A stretch of DNA of 63,566 nucleotides, filler included, from Atractiella rhizophila (taxonomy: Eukaryota): NCBI GenBank assembly GCA_021432655.1. It is 3 parts of 3 records of this genome, joined end to end, with 100 filler letters (N's around TTAATTAATTAA, not from the genome) between each part and the next. Parts side by side here need not be neighbours in the genome. Positions count along the whole stretch, not along the records: positions 30,752 to 61,326 come from MU271707.1; 2 more parts are not named here. One strand, 5' to 3'. Of the stretch, positions 37,656 to 50,294 are shown in pieces (position 1 is the first letter of the stretch; each line of letters begins with the position of its first letter). A model generated the notes under the pieces. That model saw nothing but the letters and a program-made list of their open reading frames with translations, had not been told where the DNA came from and searched no databases. Both the position numbers and the translations under genes were made by a program.

Positions 37656-39968
37656 AGGAGGAGTGGAGACAAACGGTACGCTTTCCTTCTCCGTTGGTTT
37701 TTGGTTTGGGATGGCGATATAGAAACGGCTTTGCATTCAGCGCTCAGAGTAAAGATGGCTTTGTCATCACTGAGTAGATTGTCACGGACCACGCCAAAGT
37801 CCTTGAGGAAGAGCCGAGAGGAATGTCAACCATCAGCAATTTTATCTATTCCTGCTGATACCTTCTTTAAGTGAAAGCATCCAATGTCTGACTATTCCTT
37901 AGAGTTCGGCAGCATCCTCACACCTTCCCCTTCACGAACTACCTCAATCACTCATTTCCCCACCTCCGTCTCCATGAAAAACTCCGTTTCACTGCCTGTT
38001 CATCAGAAAGATCCGCCATCCACGATGTCCCTCTCGATTGGAGACTTGCCCTCTACCGCACCCGAAGGAATGTCCCCAGCTTCAGGCCTAGAAGGCCAGG
38101 ATAAAACCGAAATATTTTCTTCTTCAACGTCTAAACCAGCAAGGAGGAAACCGAAACGCGCGCTAAACTTCAGCGGCGAACTGAAGACACCTCCCATAGT
38201 GACGGAAGAGACGCTGGTGCATCAAAACACCGCAGAAGCGAAAAGCAAGAGCAAGGGAGGACGCTTTAAAGGATAATACTCCTGCTTTTCTGGATACAGG
38301 AAAGGGGAAGGAAAAGGAAAAGAAGGGAAGGACGACGAGTGTCTCCGCTCACGCCATGGTTGCATCCCTACAATTCGGTGAACTGGTGGATGGTGATAGT
38401 GAGGGAGGGCTGAAGAAGAAACGACGTCGTACAACTGACAACATCACTCCAATCGTTCACACACAATCAGATCCTCCGGAAAACCCTGCTAATTTAAATG
38501 ATGCCGAAGAGGAAGACGAGCTAGCGTTACGTCCTGCTCCTGATTCGAGGAAAAAGAGGAAGAAGCGGGTCGCGGAAGAAGAGGCGGATGCAGTGGAAGA
38601 CGTGGTCCTTGTGGTGAAGAGGAAGAGAAAGAAGACGGACCTGAGTATATCTCATGATGACAGAGGGATCGTAGCAACCCAGCAGCAAGATGGGCTGGAT
38701 GAACCTGCTGAGGGTACGCAGTTGGAGGAACCACCAGTCGAGACTAAGAGATCAAAGTCCTCTACAAAGAAATCTTTCGCCGTGCCTGCTTCAGTAGAAG
38801 GCGAAGAGGGGGATTTCGCAGTAGAGGATTTTACCAACAACGCAGATTTTCCAGTGTTGGACAATTCGGAGGATGAAGATTGGAATCCCAAGAAACCAAA
38901 TGACGAAGACGACGGATATGGACATGGCAAAAAGCGAAAGAAGCCACCAGCGAAGGGAAAGGAAAGAAGAAGAAAGGGAACCAAAAGGCAGGACAGAAGG
39001 AGCAGAGAAAGACTGCGAAGAAGAAAAGTGAAGAGGTACCCACCGGTGAAGATGACATTGACCCGTCGAATCCCCATATCGATCCTACACCGAACGATAC
39101 CACTCAAGATCCTGACGACGGCTCCGCCTCATCCACTTCGAAGAGGTTCAAGGGAAGGCGTCCTGTCAAAGGTGCGGAACCACAATCTGCGGAGAGGGAA
39201 GACATTCCCTCCCTCCCTGACCCTGACGAATTGTCAAAGAAGAAGAGCAGAAGGACAACGTGCCTGGGCCTAATAAATTGAAGAAGAAGAAGGAAGAGGC
39301 ACAGGATTCCTCTGAGCTTGATGATGATGAGAACCAAGTCCTACAGATGGAGGAACCCCGACCGTCCATAGTCGATGAGGGGAATTGTGGTGTTGGACAA
39401 GACGAGGGGCTCGATGCGCAGGTTCCTGACGCTCGACTACAGGAGGAGGAAGAAGAGCCAACTCGCCTACATTCTTCTAAGGAGGACAACTCTGGGAAGG
39501 AAAAAGCGGTCGACATGGTATGTCCTGGTTTAGTCTCAGAAGGAAAGGCTTAATACAGTCCCATCCAGCCTCAAGCCTCAACACCAGCCAGGAGCGGACT
39601 TTCAAAGCAAACACAGTTAGCTGTAAATCCACAGCTCATTCCCAACAGTATGTTTTCTTTCGCTAGCTTCCCTCGTCAACTGAACCACAGGATCCCTGGC
39701 CTCCATTCTCGCATCTCATAATGCACGACTTGGGTCTCCAGCCAATCTTCGCCGTCCAGGGAAGACTATAACTCATCTCCATCGTGATATTAAGCCTCCA
39801 CCGCCGAAGCCTCCTCTGCCGAAGGAGAAGAAGAAGAAGAAGAAAGATGACGATCGCGATTCCGATAAGTCCACCACTCCGGATTTTGAGGATTTCGACG
39901 AGTACGATTGGGCGGAGTGGAGGGAAAAACAGAAAAAAAAGGAGAAGGCAGCTTTGCGAAATGGCTGA
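37656..39968 (+). pseudogene. Frameshifted, 5'-truncated copy B of the Lys/Glu-rich gene (pseudogene or error-containing allele)
   Basis: Frameshifting indels relative to copy A near 38227, 38965 and 39249. Confidence 0.6.
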
Positions 39969-40726
39969 ATGTCCTTTTGGGCTGACAATGGAAGGAAGGC
40001 CAAAGTAAGAAGCTCTCAATCTGTCTCAATCTGTTTCGATTTTCGATTGCTGTTGGTGCTCTTGTTGTGGGTCTGACTGGGCTGTGTCTTTGAGACTTTC
40101 ACGTCCCCGTCAACTCGACGGTGTCCTGTGTTGTAACATGAATTTGATGCCTCAACGTTTCAACCGTGACCTCTTGATTCCTTTGCCAATTTCTTCGCCC
40201 CTTCTCTTCCGAATAATTCCTTGTGGCTTCATGACCCACCTGCGTACGTACCCGCGGTGCTCCATTTCATTTGTGAGAACAACCTTTCTCAAAGTCTCAG
40301 AGAAGATATCCATTATGACTGAATTGTGACAGTGGAGGCGGAGCCAGTCGGCCTGATTGATCGAACTATGTTCCGATGTTGTGGGCCTATCTCCTGCAGT
40401 AGGAGGCATGGATTATCTGCAGTCGGTTCATGGCAATCTTCTTCGTTACGTTTACATTGCCTGAAATGAGTGTTGGCGCATCTCGATACAGCCTAGGAGC
40501 TTCGAGTGCATCCTTGGAAAAGCGCACAGACATATCAATGCGTCACGTCATATCCTCCTCGGGTTCGTACAAAGGTTCCAAATGCAGCCCCCATTCCCAG
40601 AATCTCCCTGCAACATATAACATAAACGATTTCCTCCTCCTGCTGTCCAACTCTTCCTCTGATTTAACAGCTCCCATCATCTTTCTCTTGCGTCCGTTCT
40701 TCACCGTTCTTCACAAAATCACGAGC

Positions 40727-41488
40727 ATGTCTTTCCTCCTCCTCTTCACTTTGGTTCTTTCAACCGTCGCATTTCACTGGAAACCTGGTTGGTCACTGCC
40801 CTCCCAACGTAGAACTTTGACTGATATCTGAAGTGATAGGGTCCACCTGCACGGCCAACACACCTTGTACATATTCATACCAGGTCGAATCAGGAGTAGA
40901 GAAGACAAAAGTGGAAGCAAACTGTGCGCCAAATGGATATGTCCGTATTTCTTTGTCCTTCAAGCTATTGTAGACTCGAACTGAGGCAACATTCGCTCGC
41001 AAGTGTGCAGATAACGGCGCGAAGTGTTCGGTTCGCTTCACTCCTGATTTGATCGGGAAAGTCTGGCTGATAAAATAGAAACTAGAATGATAGCCAATGC
41101 TTTGGATGGTGTGGTCCAGACGGATTTTGTGGTGGCGAAGGTGCCTTATGCAATAGTCGGAATGAGTTCCAACACACTCCTGTGAGTACTCATTGGCCAC
41201 AACATTTCATGGTCCTTAATCATAGGTTATATTTACTAACCCCGGTTCGTGGTTTAGATCCATTGGGAATACACCTGCGCTCCTGGACTCGAATGCTCCA
41301 CGACGGATATGGTGATTGGAGTTTGTCAAAATCCCCGCGCTCTCAAAGTGACAATGCAAGAGGAGGAGGTGGACAATGGCCGGCTCTTCGATGATTTTGG
41401 TTCTGAATCGTTGGATAAGGATAGGGAGCCTGAAAAGCGAGATGGGAGAGGCACGCTGAAAAAGAAAAGCTTGAAAAAGAGACTGTAA
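40727..41488 (+). CDS. Small secreted cysteine-rich protein (copy B, apparently intact)
   Basis: Same exon structure as 35988-36683. Last exon reads ...SLDKDREPEKRDGRGTLKKKSLKKRL* (TAA 41486-41488). Confidence 0.75.
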
Positions 41489-42585
41489 TCCGAGGCTGGT
41501 TTAACTTTAGACATTTGTTCACTTACTAGCATTACTACGCAGGTTGTTCGAAGCATCTCCTTCAAATGTTCAATACAACTTCATTCTCCGTATTAGCTTT
41601 AGAGTCGTTGCAATGATTCGTGATTACATCGGTTTCAGCATTGCAAGCGGAGTACATGGAAGTAAAAGCACCTATTTCGGACAGGGGGCGCTAACCTGTA
41701 ACAGACGACATCCCTCGGTGCACATCTTACTTCGAAGAGCACGAGATTGTGAGAAGCAACTCAAGTCGTATAATCTCAAGCCCACCGCTGTGCGGTCACA
41801 TGACTCTGTGTGCCACAAGCTTTTGACCAACCAGCTAACCGTTCCAATATCTCCTTCTTTTTCTTCTTAGCCGCTTTCGAGATCGTATAACAATGGATGT
41901 AAATGGGAATGATATCCCAGCATTTTTTCCCGTTCATCGGCCCCTAGCCTGATATGGCTTGCAGGGACCTTTCGCTTCAAGGTTTCTCGCTGAGATGCTT
42001 CTGAGGAGGATTTTAGATTTACAGGAGGTGCTCTGTCGGCAGGATGTCGATGAGCAGGAGAGGGTACCTTGAACTTGTCCACCTTCCGAGTTCCCATTCT
42101 TCTGTCCCAAACGTGTGTCAGATGTACAAAAAGATGAGCGAACGTGTGCTGTCGTTGTCGTTGTCGAAAAGTCTGACGCGATGGAGTTCCTGAATGTGCT
42201 CAACCAATGCGCAAGTCCGTTGATAAGCCTATGCAGAGGGCTTCAAGCTGCAGTGGAGTGGTATGCCACGGCCTCATTGTTGCGGTCCAGCGAAGTGTTT
42301 CCACTTCTCAGGATGTCATGCATGTCATGAACGACTATTGTTTATTTGTCATGAGATTATCTAGAAACAGATAGTAACGACGGTAATGAATCGTTAGATC
42401 TCTCTGCCATGTCTTTTGTTTGGTCCTCATATCTCCTGTCGTTGAATGATGCACGTAAAGTAGGCCGATGATGGAGCCAAGTCGCAAGGTTTGCGCACTT
42501 TCAAGGCTTACGTCTGTCAGGCCGTAACGGAGGAAGTATGATGCGACGACAAGACAGTAAAATGGAGACTCGGGCTCTTTTGTCC

Positions 42586-42592
42586 TATAAAA
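42586..42592 (+). promoter_or_regulatory. Putative TATA box of chitin deacetylase gene
   Basis: TATAAAA ~115 nt upstream of ATG 42700. Confidence 0.45.
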
Positions 42593-42699
42593 TGCCTAGA
42601 TCCTGCTCGCTCAATCCTTCGTTCACAGAACATTTGTTAGGCTACTTACCAAATATCTCCTGTAAACTCTCGTTGCCACCTTAACAGTCATTACATGCT

Positions 42700-44385
42700 A
42701 TGTTGCTCTTCCTCCTTCCTTCCATTTTTGACCTCGTCAAAGCGGCCGCCAGCTCCGATCCGTGTCAGGCATCTCCTCCATCTTTCATCACTGAGATACA
42801 ACCCTTCTATCCAACCCTAGGAAACCTAGCGCAAATTGTCGCTGGAGACGACGAAGCCAACTCGCTCTTCCAGAAAATCATCGGTGATATGAGATGGGGG
42901 GATGTGTTCAACGGCGGAGTCAAACAAAAAGGAACTTACACCAAAAATGGTGCAGGCGATTTCCCAGATGTGACGTGGGTATTGCTCGTTCATGTGCGAC
43001 GCACAATGTTGAACTTTGGGGAACAGATACGATTATGTGCAAGATCCGTGAGTGCTTCGTGGTGCATTTCAGATATCAGCTGACGGTTGCGGGAAGTGAT
43101 TGCTGGTGGACTAAGAGGTCAATACCTCCTTAATAAATTCTAGCGTCGCTGATGGAGGGGTTCTAGTCAATGTATCACCCCAAAGCGAAAGTTTCTTCCT
43201 CCAGATTATTCCGCTTGTCCAGAGCCGCTAACGTGGTGCGTCATCTCTACCCCTCGTATCAAACCTCGATCCGTTGTTCAGTTCTTGTGGTATAGGGGTC
43301 TCAACTTTGATGATGGGCCGTCCTGCCAGAATGAACTGCTCTACGATTTTCTGGCGAAGCAAAGCCCGCCGATCAAAGCCTCACTCTTTTACATTGGGTC
43401 AAACATCCTTACCTTTCCGCTTAGTGCTCAGAAAGGGGTGGCGCAAGGCCATGAGGTTTGCGTTCGTATGTCTTCCTGAGCCTGGAGTTGATTTGAGTCG
43501 GAATCGTTAACAATATTTGTTCCAGACACATGGTCACATCCAGCGTTGACTTCACTTTCAAACGAGGAGCTTTTTGCTGAGCTCTATTACACCAAAAAGC
43601 TCATCCACGCTGTATCTGGTTTGACAACGACCTGTTTCCGACCACCGTACGGTGTGCTCTCCCGTTTGCGTATTGAGTTACTCAATTCTGACCTGCAACC
43701 GAAGGCGATATCGATGATAGAGTGAGAACGATGGCTTGGGCTTTAGGAATGCGCACTCATCTATGGAACTTGGATACAAATGATGGAGAGCTTGGTGATG
43801 GCGCTACCCTTGCTGAGATTCGAGCGAATTACAAGAAGATCGTGAGCGCTGCATCCAGCGAGACTGGAACTGTCGTTCTCAATCATGAATATCCGAACGC
43901 AATGAACGAGGTTCGTTCTTCCTTTCTCCAAGTCCTCCAGATTTTCTTTCCCCCTGAGTTACTGATCAAGATGAGAATAGTTCCTGCACCAATTCCCAAC
44001 CATTTCAAGCCATTACAAATACTTCATGCCCATCAGTTCCTGCTACAACGACACAACACCTTATCTCGAGTCTAACGTTACACTTTCCGACTATTCCACG
44101 TACGTTTCGGGCAAAACAAGTGGAAATGCTCAGGTGCCTTATTTCACGAAACAGAAAATCACGTTTCTGTCTTGGGACGAGGAGCAGGAATCTACTGATC
44201 TCAATCCTCCGAATCCCAGTAACACAACTGCGGTCCCTTCTGAGCCTGCCACCGCCTCAACGGCGCAAAAGACCGCCGCCAATAAGCCAGACGGCGACAA
44301 GAATGGAGCTGAAAGTTTCTCCCCTTCCCTTGCGACTAGTTTCGCAGGATTGCTATTTGCGTCGTCAATGTTCGTTCAATGGTGA
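42700..44385 (+). CDS. Chitin deacetylase (CE4/NodB), probably GPI-anchored
   Basis: Signal peptide; DCWWT..C..P..CPEP..W; motifs FDDGP, HTWSH, RPPYGDIDDRVR, LNHE. S/T/A-rich stalk and hydrophobic C-terminus. Confidence 0.92.
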
Positions 44386-44649
44386 TGTTGGTAACAAAAT
44401 GGACCCTTTGGACATGGACTCAACATTGTTTCCATCAAATATTACGGTGTAACCGTGTCAGTTTGCAATACTCTACGCGTGTAAACAGGCCAACTCTGCA
44501 AAGTGACTATAGACTATGACAGAGATGCAATTCAAGAGGATAAAGTACAATACAAGTAAATAACAATTGCGAGCGATGAGCACTTCAACAAGCACGAAAA
44601 ACTAAACAACGATGTCAATAAGACGATATGACGATTGACGATCTCTGGG

Positions 44650-46789
44650 TTACTCCTTCTTGCGCGTGAGTTTAATCTTCACATCTCCAATCCCGAAAGC
44701 AGTTCCATAGTTTTTATCGACCCACGCTGTACCAACATCATTAATTCAGTGCAGAATTCAACTTAAGGTGCTAACCTGGCCAGACCCCAACGCCATCGAA
44801 TCCCACACCTTCTTCTTTGGCAGGCAACCCAATGAACTCATATTCATAGTCTTCGAGTAGAGAACGGAGAAACAAATCCGCAGCTGTGCCCTTAAAAATC
44901 TTCTCTCCCTATTCCCAAGAACCATAATCAGCGCATGATGGGCAAACAGACGTCAAAGGGCATACAGGACAAACGTGTTCTCCTTTTCCAAACTGGAAGA
45001 AAGTCCCATTCCTGATCAGATCAATGGCACGCTGTCCATCATCTGCCTCCAAGAATCTTTCAGGCCTGAACTTATCTGGCTCATCAAAATACAAGGGATT
45101 GTGATGGGTAGCTGCAGCGGGAGAAGAGGTAATGGCCGTTCCAGGAGGGATCTTGTATCCCTCCACTTCGATCCAACGGCGCTTGTTCGTGAGCCTGAGT
45201 GAGTTCAAGAATCCGTAAAGTCGACCCGTCTCTCGAATACATGCCTCGATGTAAGGTTTTCGTTCTCCAATAGCAGGGTGAGCAGCGATATCCTCTTTCC
45301 ACTTTGAAGCGATAGGGCTCTTTGAGTCCTTTGCGTGAAGGAGCATCCAAGATAACGTCGGTGTAGTGTTGGCCCAAAGAGCGAAGATGAGGATGAGGAA
45401 TAGTCCAGGGAGAGCATCGACGGCTTCCTTTCCCTCCTTCTGCCTAATGATAAAGGCCATCAAGTCATGTCTCCTTTCCCCTCCTTCCTCTCCCTCCTCG
45501 AGCAACGCATCAATCTCATCCTTCAGCAAAACTCTCAGTCTCCTCACAGCCCCGTTCACTCTCTTCCCTCCTTCAAAGACGTCCCAGGCCCAGACGGGGA
45601 CGCAACGGATTCTCCAATCCAATGGTCCTTCGACAAAGTCGTAGCAAAGCTTGATGAGCTCCTGTTGATGTTTTGCAACAAAGGCAGGTCCAAACATGAC
45701 ATGACAAGCATGATGGAAGACGAGTGTGCTGGTGCTCTCGAAGATGGGGACCCCTTCTGGATGGCCGGCCCAGGTGTCAAAGTGGGATTTGGCGAGTCCA
45801 GCCATGGAAGAGAGATATCCGTTCACGCGTCCTGGTCCCAGCAGGCCAGAGCGGACGTAACGTGTAATATGACTGTGAAACCAGTGGCCGTCCTTGTAGT
45901 CTATCACTGAAGGAATGGTCAGTTAAACCCAAAGGAGGGTCAAAGAAACTTGGAATTTCGAGCCAGCTCCGGCTACTCTTGGACACTGTGATAGCGACAT
46001 GTTTTGAGTAGTCGTCATATGAACCTCCTTTATCCCAGCATGGACACATGGAGGGCATCCAACACGATAGTAGTAGACTATCCTGTCATGGAAGGAAATA
46101 CAATGACTCCTGTGCTGTTCCAATACTGCCAGGAAAGCAAAGCATGCTAGATGTTCAAGCATGCTATACCTTTCTACACCAGCCAGAGGCAAGAGTTCCA
46201 TTGTTAAAGTCGCACTTCAAGATAGTTCACATCGTAAGATGGGTCAAGCAACGCGACTCTCAATTTCGGACAAATCATTCTTGTCACTCTGTGCATGTAA
46301 GCTATTGTTATCGACATAGAAAAGATGTCGATGGACGTTCTCTCCGTTACTCGCAAGTGATTCTCAATTTCAGAATCTCACTGAGAAACGTTGTAGGAGT
46401 GGCCAGGCCAATAATATAAAACCCTAACCCACTTCACTCAAAAAAGAAGCTTACGTACCCTTTTGCACCTCCTTCCCCAACACTAATGCAACATATTGAA
46501 CAAAGCTAGCTTCATCCTCTTTACAATTTGCGACGTCAACTACTCCATCGAGCTTCATGAAGAAGATGAATCTGAAGAAGAGTAAATCGAGCTGGAACAC
46601 TGGTCCGAGTTCCTTCTCCGTCCTCTGCAAGAAGCCAATCGGGTCAGTCGCATATGCGATCATGGCGTCGTAGCGACCGCGCAGAGAAATTCCGCCTGCG
46701 AGAGGGATGGACCGAGAAATGGGACCCAGGCGGAGGTAGAGCTTGTAGATGAGGAAAGAGAGGAGAGTCACTGTCACCGTGAGCCACAT
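44650..46789 (-). CDS. Cytochrome P450 with atypical I-helix (CYP7/CYP51-clan-like)
   Basis: N-terminal TM anchor, EXXR (ETGR), FRPERF and heme motif FGKGEHVCP|GEK. I-helix reads FALWANTTPT. Introns include a 552-nt one at 45907-46458. Confidence 0.92.
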
Positions 46790-47770
46790 CTTGAATGTGT
46801 TCGATTCGGTCGATTTTGAGATAGTCTAAAGTCTCGTTAGATGGCAGAGCTGGGGAGCTGTGGTGGTTTGAGGTGCACATGTTGTTACTTGTTATTGTTG
46901 TGAAGGGAAGAAGTTGGAAGTTGAGGGTCTTTGTTCTCCTTTCCGAATCAGTGGTACGATCGGTACCTTTTCCATTGTGCCGGCTCAGAAATCCAGCAGC
47001 AAATAAAACGACGATCCAGCACCTTGACAGCTCCCCTCGCGTTCAGCGTTCACTTGTGGTCTTGTATATAGGGCCGTCGAGGCATTGCGAAGGAAAGAAA
47101 CTGGGGATTTTCAGGAGAAAGGGAGGTTGTGACTGAGTCGGTAGGGTCAGCGTGAGTTCTTTCCAGCATTTCTGAGCATGGAGGGGCTGTTGCACTGTTC
47201 TTGACAAGAAGGGTACAATGTAACTGCAAATCATACCTGTAAAAGTCTGGTTAGGAGGGAAATTGGAAATGTAACCTTTCACTGACATTGTCATCTCCAT
47301 GTTGAGTTTGTGACCCAAAGATATCAAACAGAATTGAACAGTAACATGCAAGGAAGGATATTACTTTCATGAATGTGTCAGGGGATATGTGGCAACCTGA
47401 CTTACGAGCACAGTAGATGTTGGGGGATGAACGCCACTTGACGTCAAGTTCTGCTTTCAAAGAGCTGGCAACTTAATGATTCGAGGAGCGTCTGGCTGCC
47501 ATAGAAGTGACAGAGATTCTGGAGCTTCGATTGTTGTTAGGATAATGTACAAGATGGCGCGCATGTGGCCCCGAAATGTCAAGGTGTGGTTGTCTAAAGC
47601 CGCCTTGGTTGTACTTGTCCTTTTCGATCGCATTTACCGCAAATATATGATACAATGATATCTTCAGCTCCAACGAGCATAGATTGCGTACTTATAGACT
47701 CTTATTGTGCTTCATTACCCGTGAGGTCAATTATTTACGCACTTTGTTGGATTAGGCACGCGATAAAAGA

Positions 47771-48950
47771 ATGTACGATCCCAATTCCGCACTCTACGAT
47801 CATTACTACGTGCCCGCGCACGGTATGGGATCAACATCGACCTCCAACATACCGCACGATCCCTATGCTCACTCTGGCACAAGTTCATCAACGATGATGA
47901 GCTATTCGCACACACAACAAACACACGCCACCACCTCTTCCGTCTCACTTCCACCTGCTCCCTCGCTTGCAGCTCCTTCATTTCAACAACAGTTGAAAGA
48001 TGAAGAGCACGACGCTCCACTCGGCGGAAGGAGCGCCTCTACACTTGCATTCACGAAACGAAGGAACTGGTCCACTCGTCTTTTCTCCGCCCTTCCTGTC
48101 ACGTTATTGCTCGTCCATTCATCAGGAAAGATAATGTTCAGCAGCGCGTCTGCGACTGGAGCAGGTGGCGGCGGCGATTTCGTCGAAATGCTTCATCCTG
48201 GGGACAGAGAGCGCATACGTTCCCTGCTTCGGGGAAATTCGAAATGGGAGGAAATAGTCCGCCTCGCTTCTCCTCCGCCCACTGGGGCAGGGGGACAAGT
48301 GGTGGAGGTTTCATTTAAGAAGGTGGAGGGGGTGGATGGGGTATGGATTGGACGGGTTTGGGTTGATACGGTTACGGCTGGGAGGGAGAGTAGGATGGAG
48401 GACTTCCTCTCCCTCAAATTGGAGAATGAGGAGCTCAAAAATAAGTTGGAAAAGCTTAGAGAGGAGATGGACGGACGGGCTGGGGAGGGAGGGATCGAGG
48501 ATACTCTCGTTCCGACAAATCTTCAGATGGGGCATCAACGTGAGCTTTCCATTCTCAATTCACTTTCTCCGTGTTAACGCAGCCGTGCTAGCTCTCCATC
48601 CCTCTCACTTCTCCCTTCCAATTCAAGCCTACCCGACACCGCTAAACCATTCTTCCTTCCCATCTACCGCCTTCTCCAATAGCACCACCACCTTCTCTTC
48701 TCTCCCTTCTCAGTCCCAACAACCCTCTCAGCAGCAGCAACTAGCGCCGCCTCTACATACTACTCAGCAACCGCCACCGGCGATACCGACGAAAGGAAGA
48801 CGAAAGAAGCCAAAGGACCATGTCTGTCATGAATGCGGAACGACGGAGTCTCCGGAATGGAGGAGGGGACCTAAAGGCGCCAAAACGTTATGCAATGCTT
48901 GCGGATTGAGGTGGGGGAAAGAGGAGAAAAAGGGGAAGGGAGCGAAGTAG
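47771..48950 (+). CDS. White-collar-2-like PAS + GATA zinc-finger transcription factor
   Basis: [11 protein letters not shown]-like [18 protein letters not shown], coiled coil [16 protein letters not shown] finger [30 protein letters not shown]. One intron near 48540-48582. Confidence 0.85.
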
Positions 48951-49363
48951 ACATGATGCACAGATGTAACAATATTTCTTGTACTCGTAACCGTGTCATC
49001 AAAATATTATCACATTCTCATGTTCCTACATACATGCTGGAATTTTCCTTGCACTGCGCGTCAGCTTCATCAATATCAGCCAGCAGCCGAGTTAACTAAG
49101 TTATCAGCAGGCAGTTTCCCCTCCAGTTTCCCTCTCAGTTGGTATTTTTCAAGATGCTCCTAGCCATTCTTGCATTCAAGCATAGACCTTTCCTTGATGC
49201 TGAACGGGTAGTGAAACAAAACTACGGTGTTAGTCGGGACATTCTAAAGGACTTTGACGTGGCTTGCCCGGTCAGCCTCTGTCATTCTTTCTCTGGTTCT
49301 GTTGCCTCTTTTTTTTTATCTCTGCAGCTCACGCAAACTTACGCCATCTGGAAAAAGTCAGTA

Positions 49364-50145
49364 ATGAGCATCAAATCAACTCTCATCGCCAGGGTGTCCG
49401 ATGGTCTGTCCTTTCCTTCCCCTCAGAGATATCCCTTTGAGTAGCTAATAACGAATGTCTATGCAGGACTGCCACTTTCCGCCTCGGTCGACGAGCAGGA
49501 AGACGCCTCCTTGACTGAGTACAAGTCCCAAGCGAAGCTCATAATCCGTCGCCTCAATTCTCAGTCAGAGGACAAGTGTTCGATCGACTCCGGTAACGGG
49601 GTCATCCAGTCCGTGTTTCCCTCTCTCCTTCCATCGAACATGGTAGTGACTCTCGTTCAAACTGGTACAGCTACCTGATAAGCGAAGGAATCGTCTACCT
49701 TCTCATTTCGAGCAAATCCTATCCTCGAAAGCTGTCCTTCTCCTACCTCGACGAGCTCTCCAAAGAATTCGCACGCTCATACGGCTCGGAACCGCTCCGT
49801 GTAACCCGTCCCTACGCCTTCGTGAAATTTGACACGTTCATTCAGCGGACGAAGAAGCTGTACGAAGATTCCCGGACGTCCACAGCCGCCAAATCCAACC
49901 TCGACACGTTGAACGAGGAGCTGAATGAGATTTCGAATATCATGTCGAAGAATATTCAGGACATTTTGTATCGTGGTGACAGTTTGGATAAGATGAGCTC
50001 TCTCAGTAGCAGCTTGAGAGACGAGAGCTTGAAGTATAGGAAACATGCGAAGGATATCAATTTCCAGGCTTGGTTGAGGAAATGGGCTCCTGTCGCTTTC
50101 TTCGGTTTCTTTTTCTTCATTTTCATACTCTACAGATTCTGGTAG
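49364..50145 (+). CDS. SEC22: Longin R-SNARE Sec22
   Basis: STLIARVSD|GLPLSASVD, KSYPRKLSFSYLDELSKEF, RPYAFVKFDTFIQRTKKLYED, IMSKNIQDILYRGDSLDKM, C-terminal TM segment. Confidence 0.96.
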
Positions 50146-50294
50146 CTCGTTGTTCCCCCTCGTAATGCATTCTCCTTCATCTTCATACTCAAAAGAAACT
50201 GCCAACATCACGTGAACGCCACCTTTGACTCAACTTCTACATCCAATCGAAAGAAAGAAGCAGGAACAGTGCGTTAGCAAATCAACAACATCTC

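Larger units (their letters stand above)
37656..42369. repeat. Segmental near-duplicate, copy B
   Basis: Colinear with 32704-37630. Confidence 0.97.
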
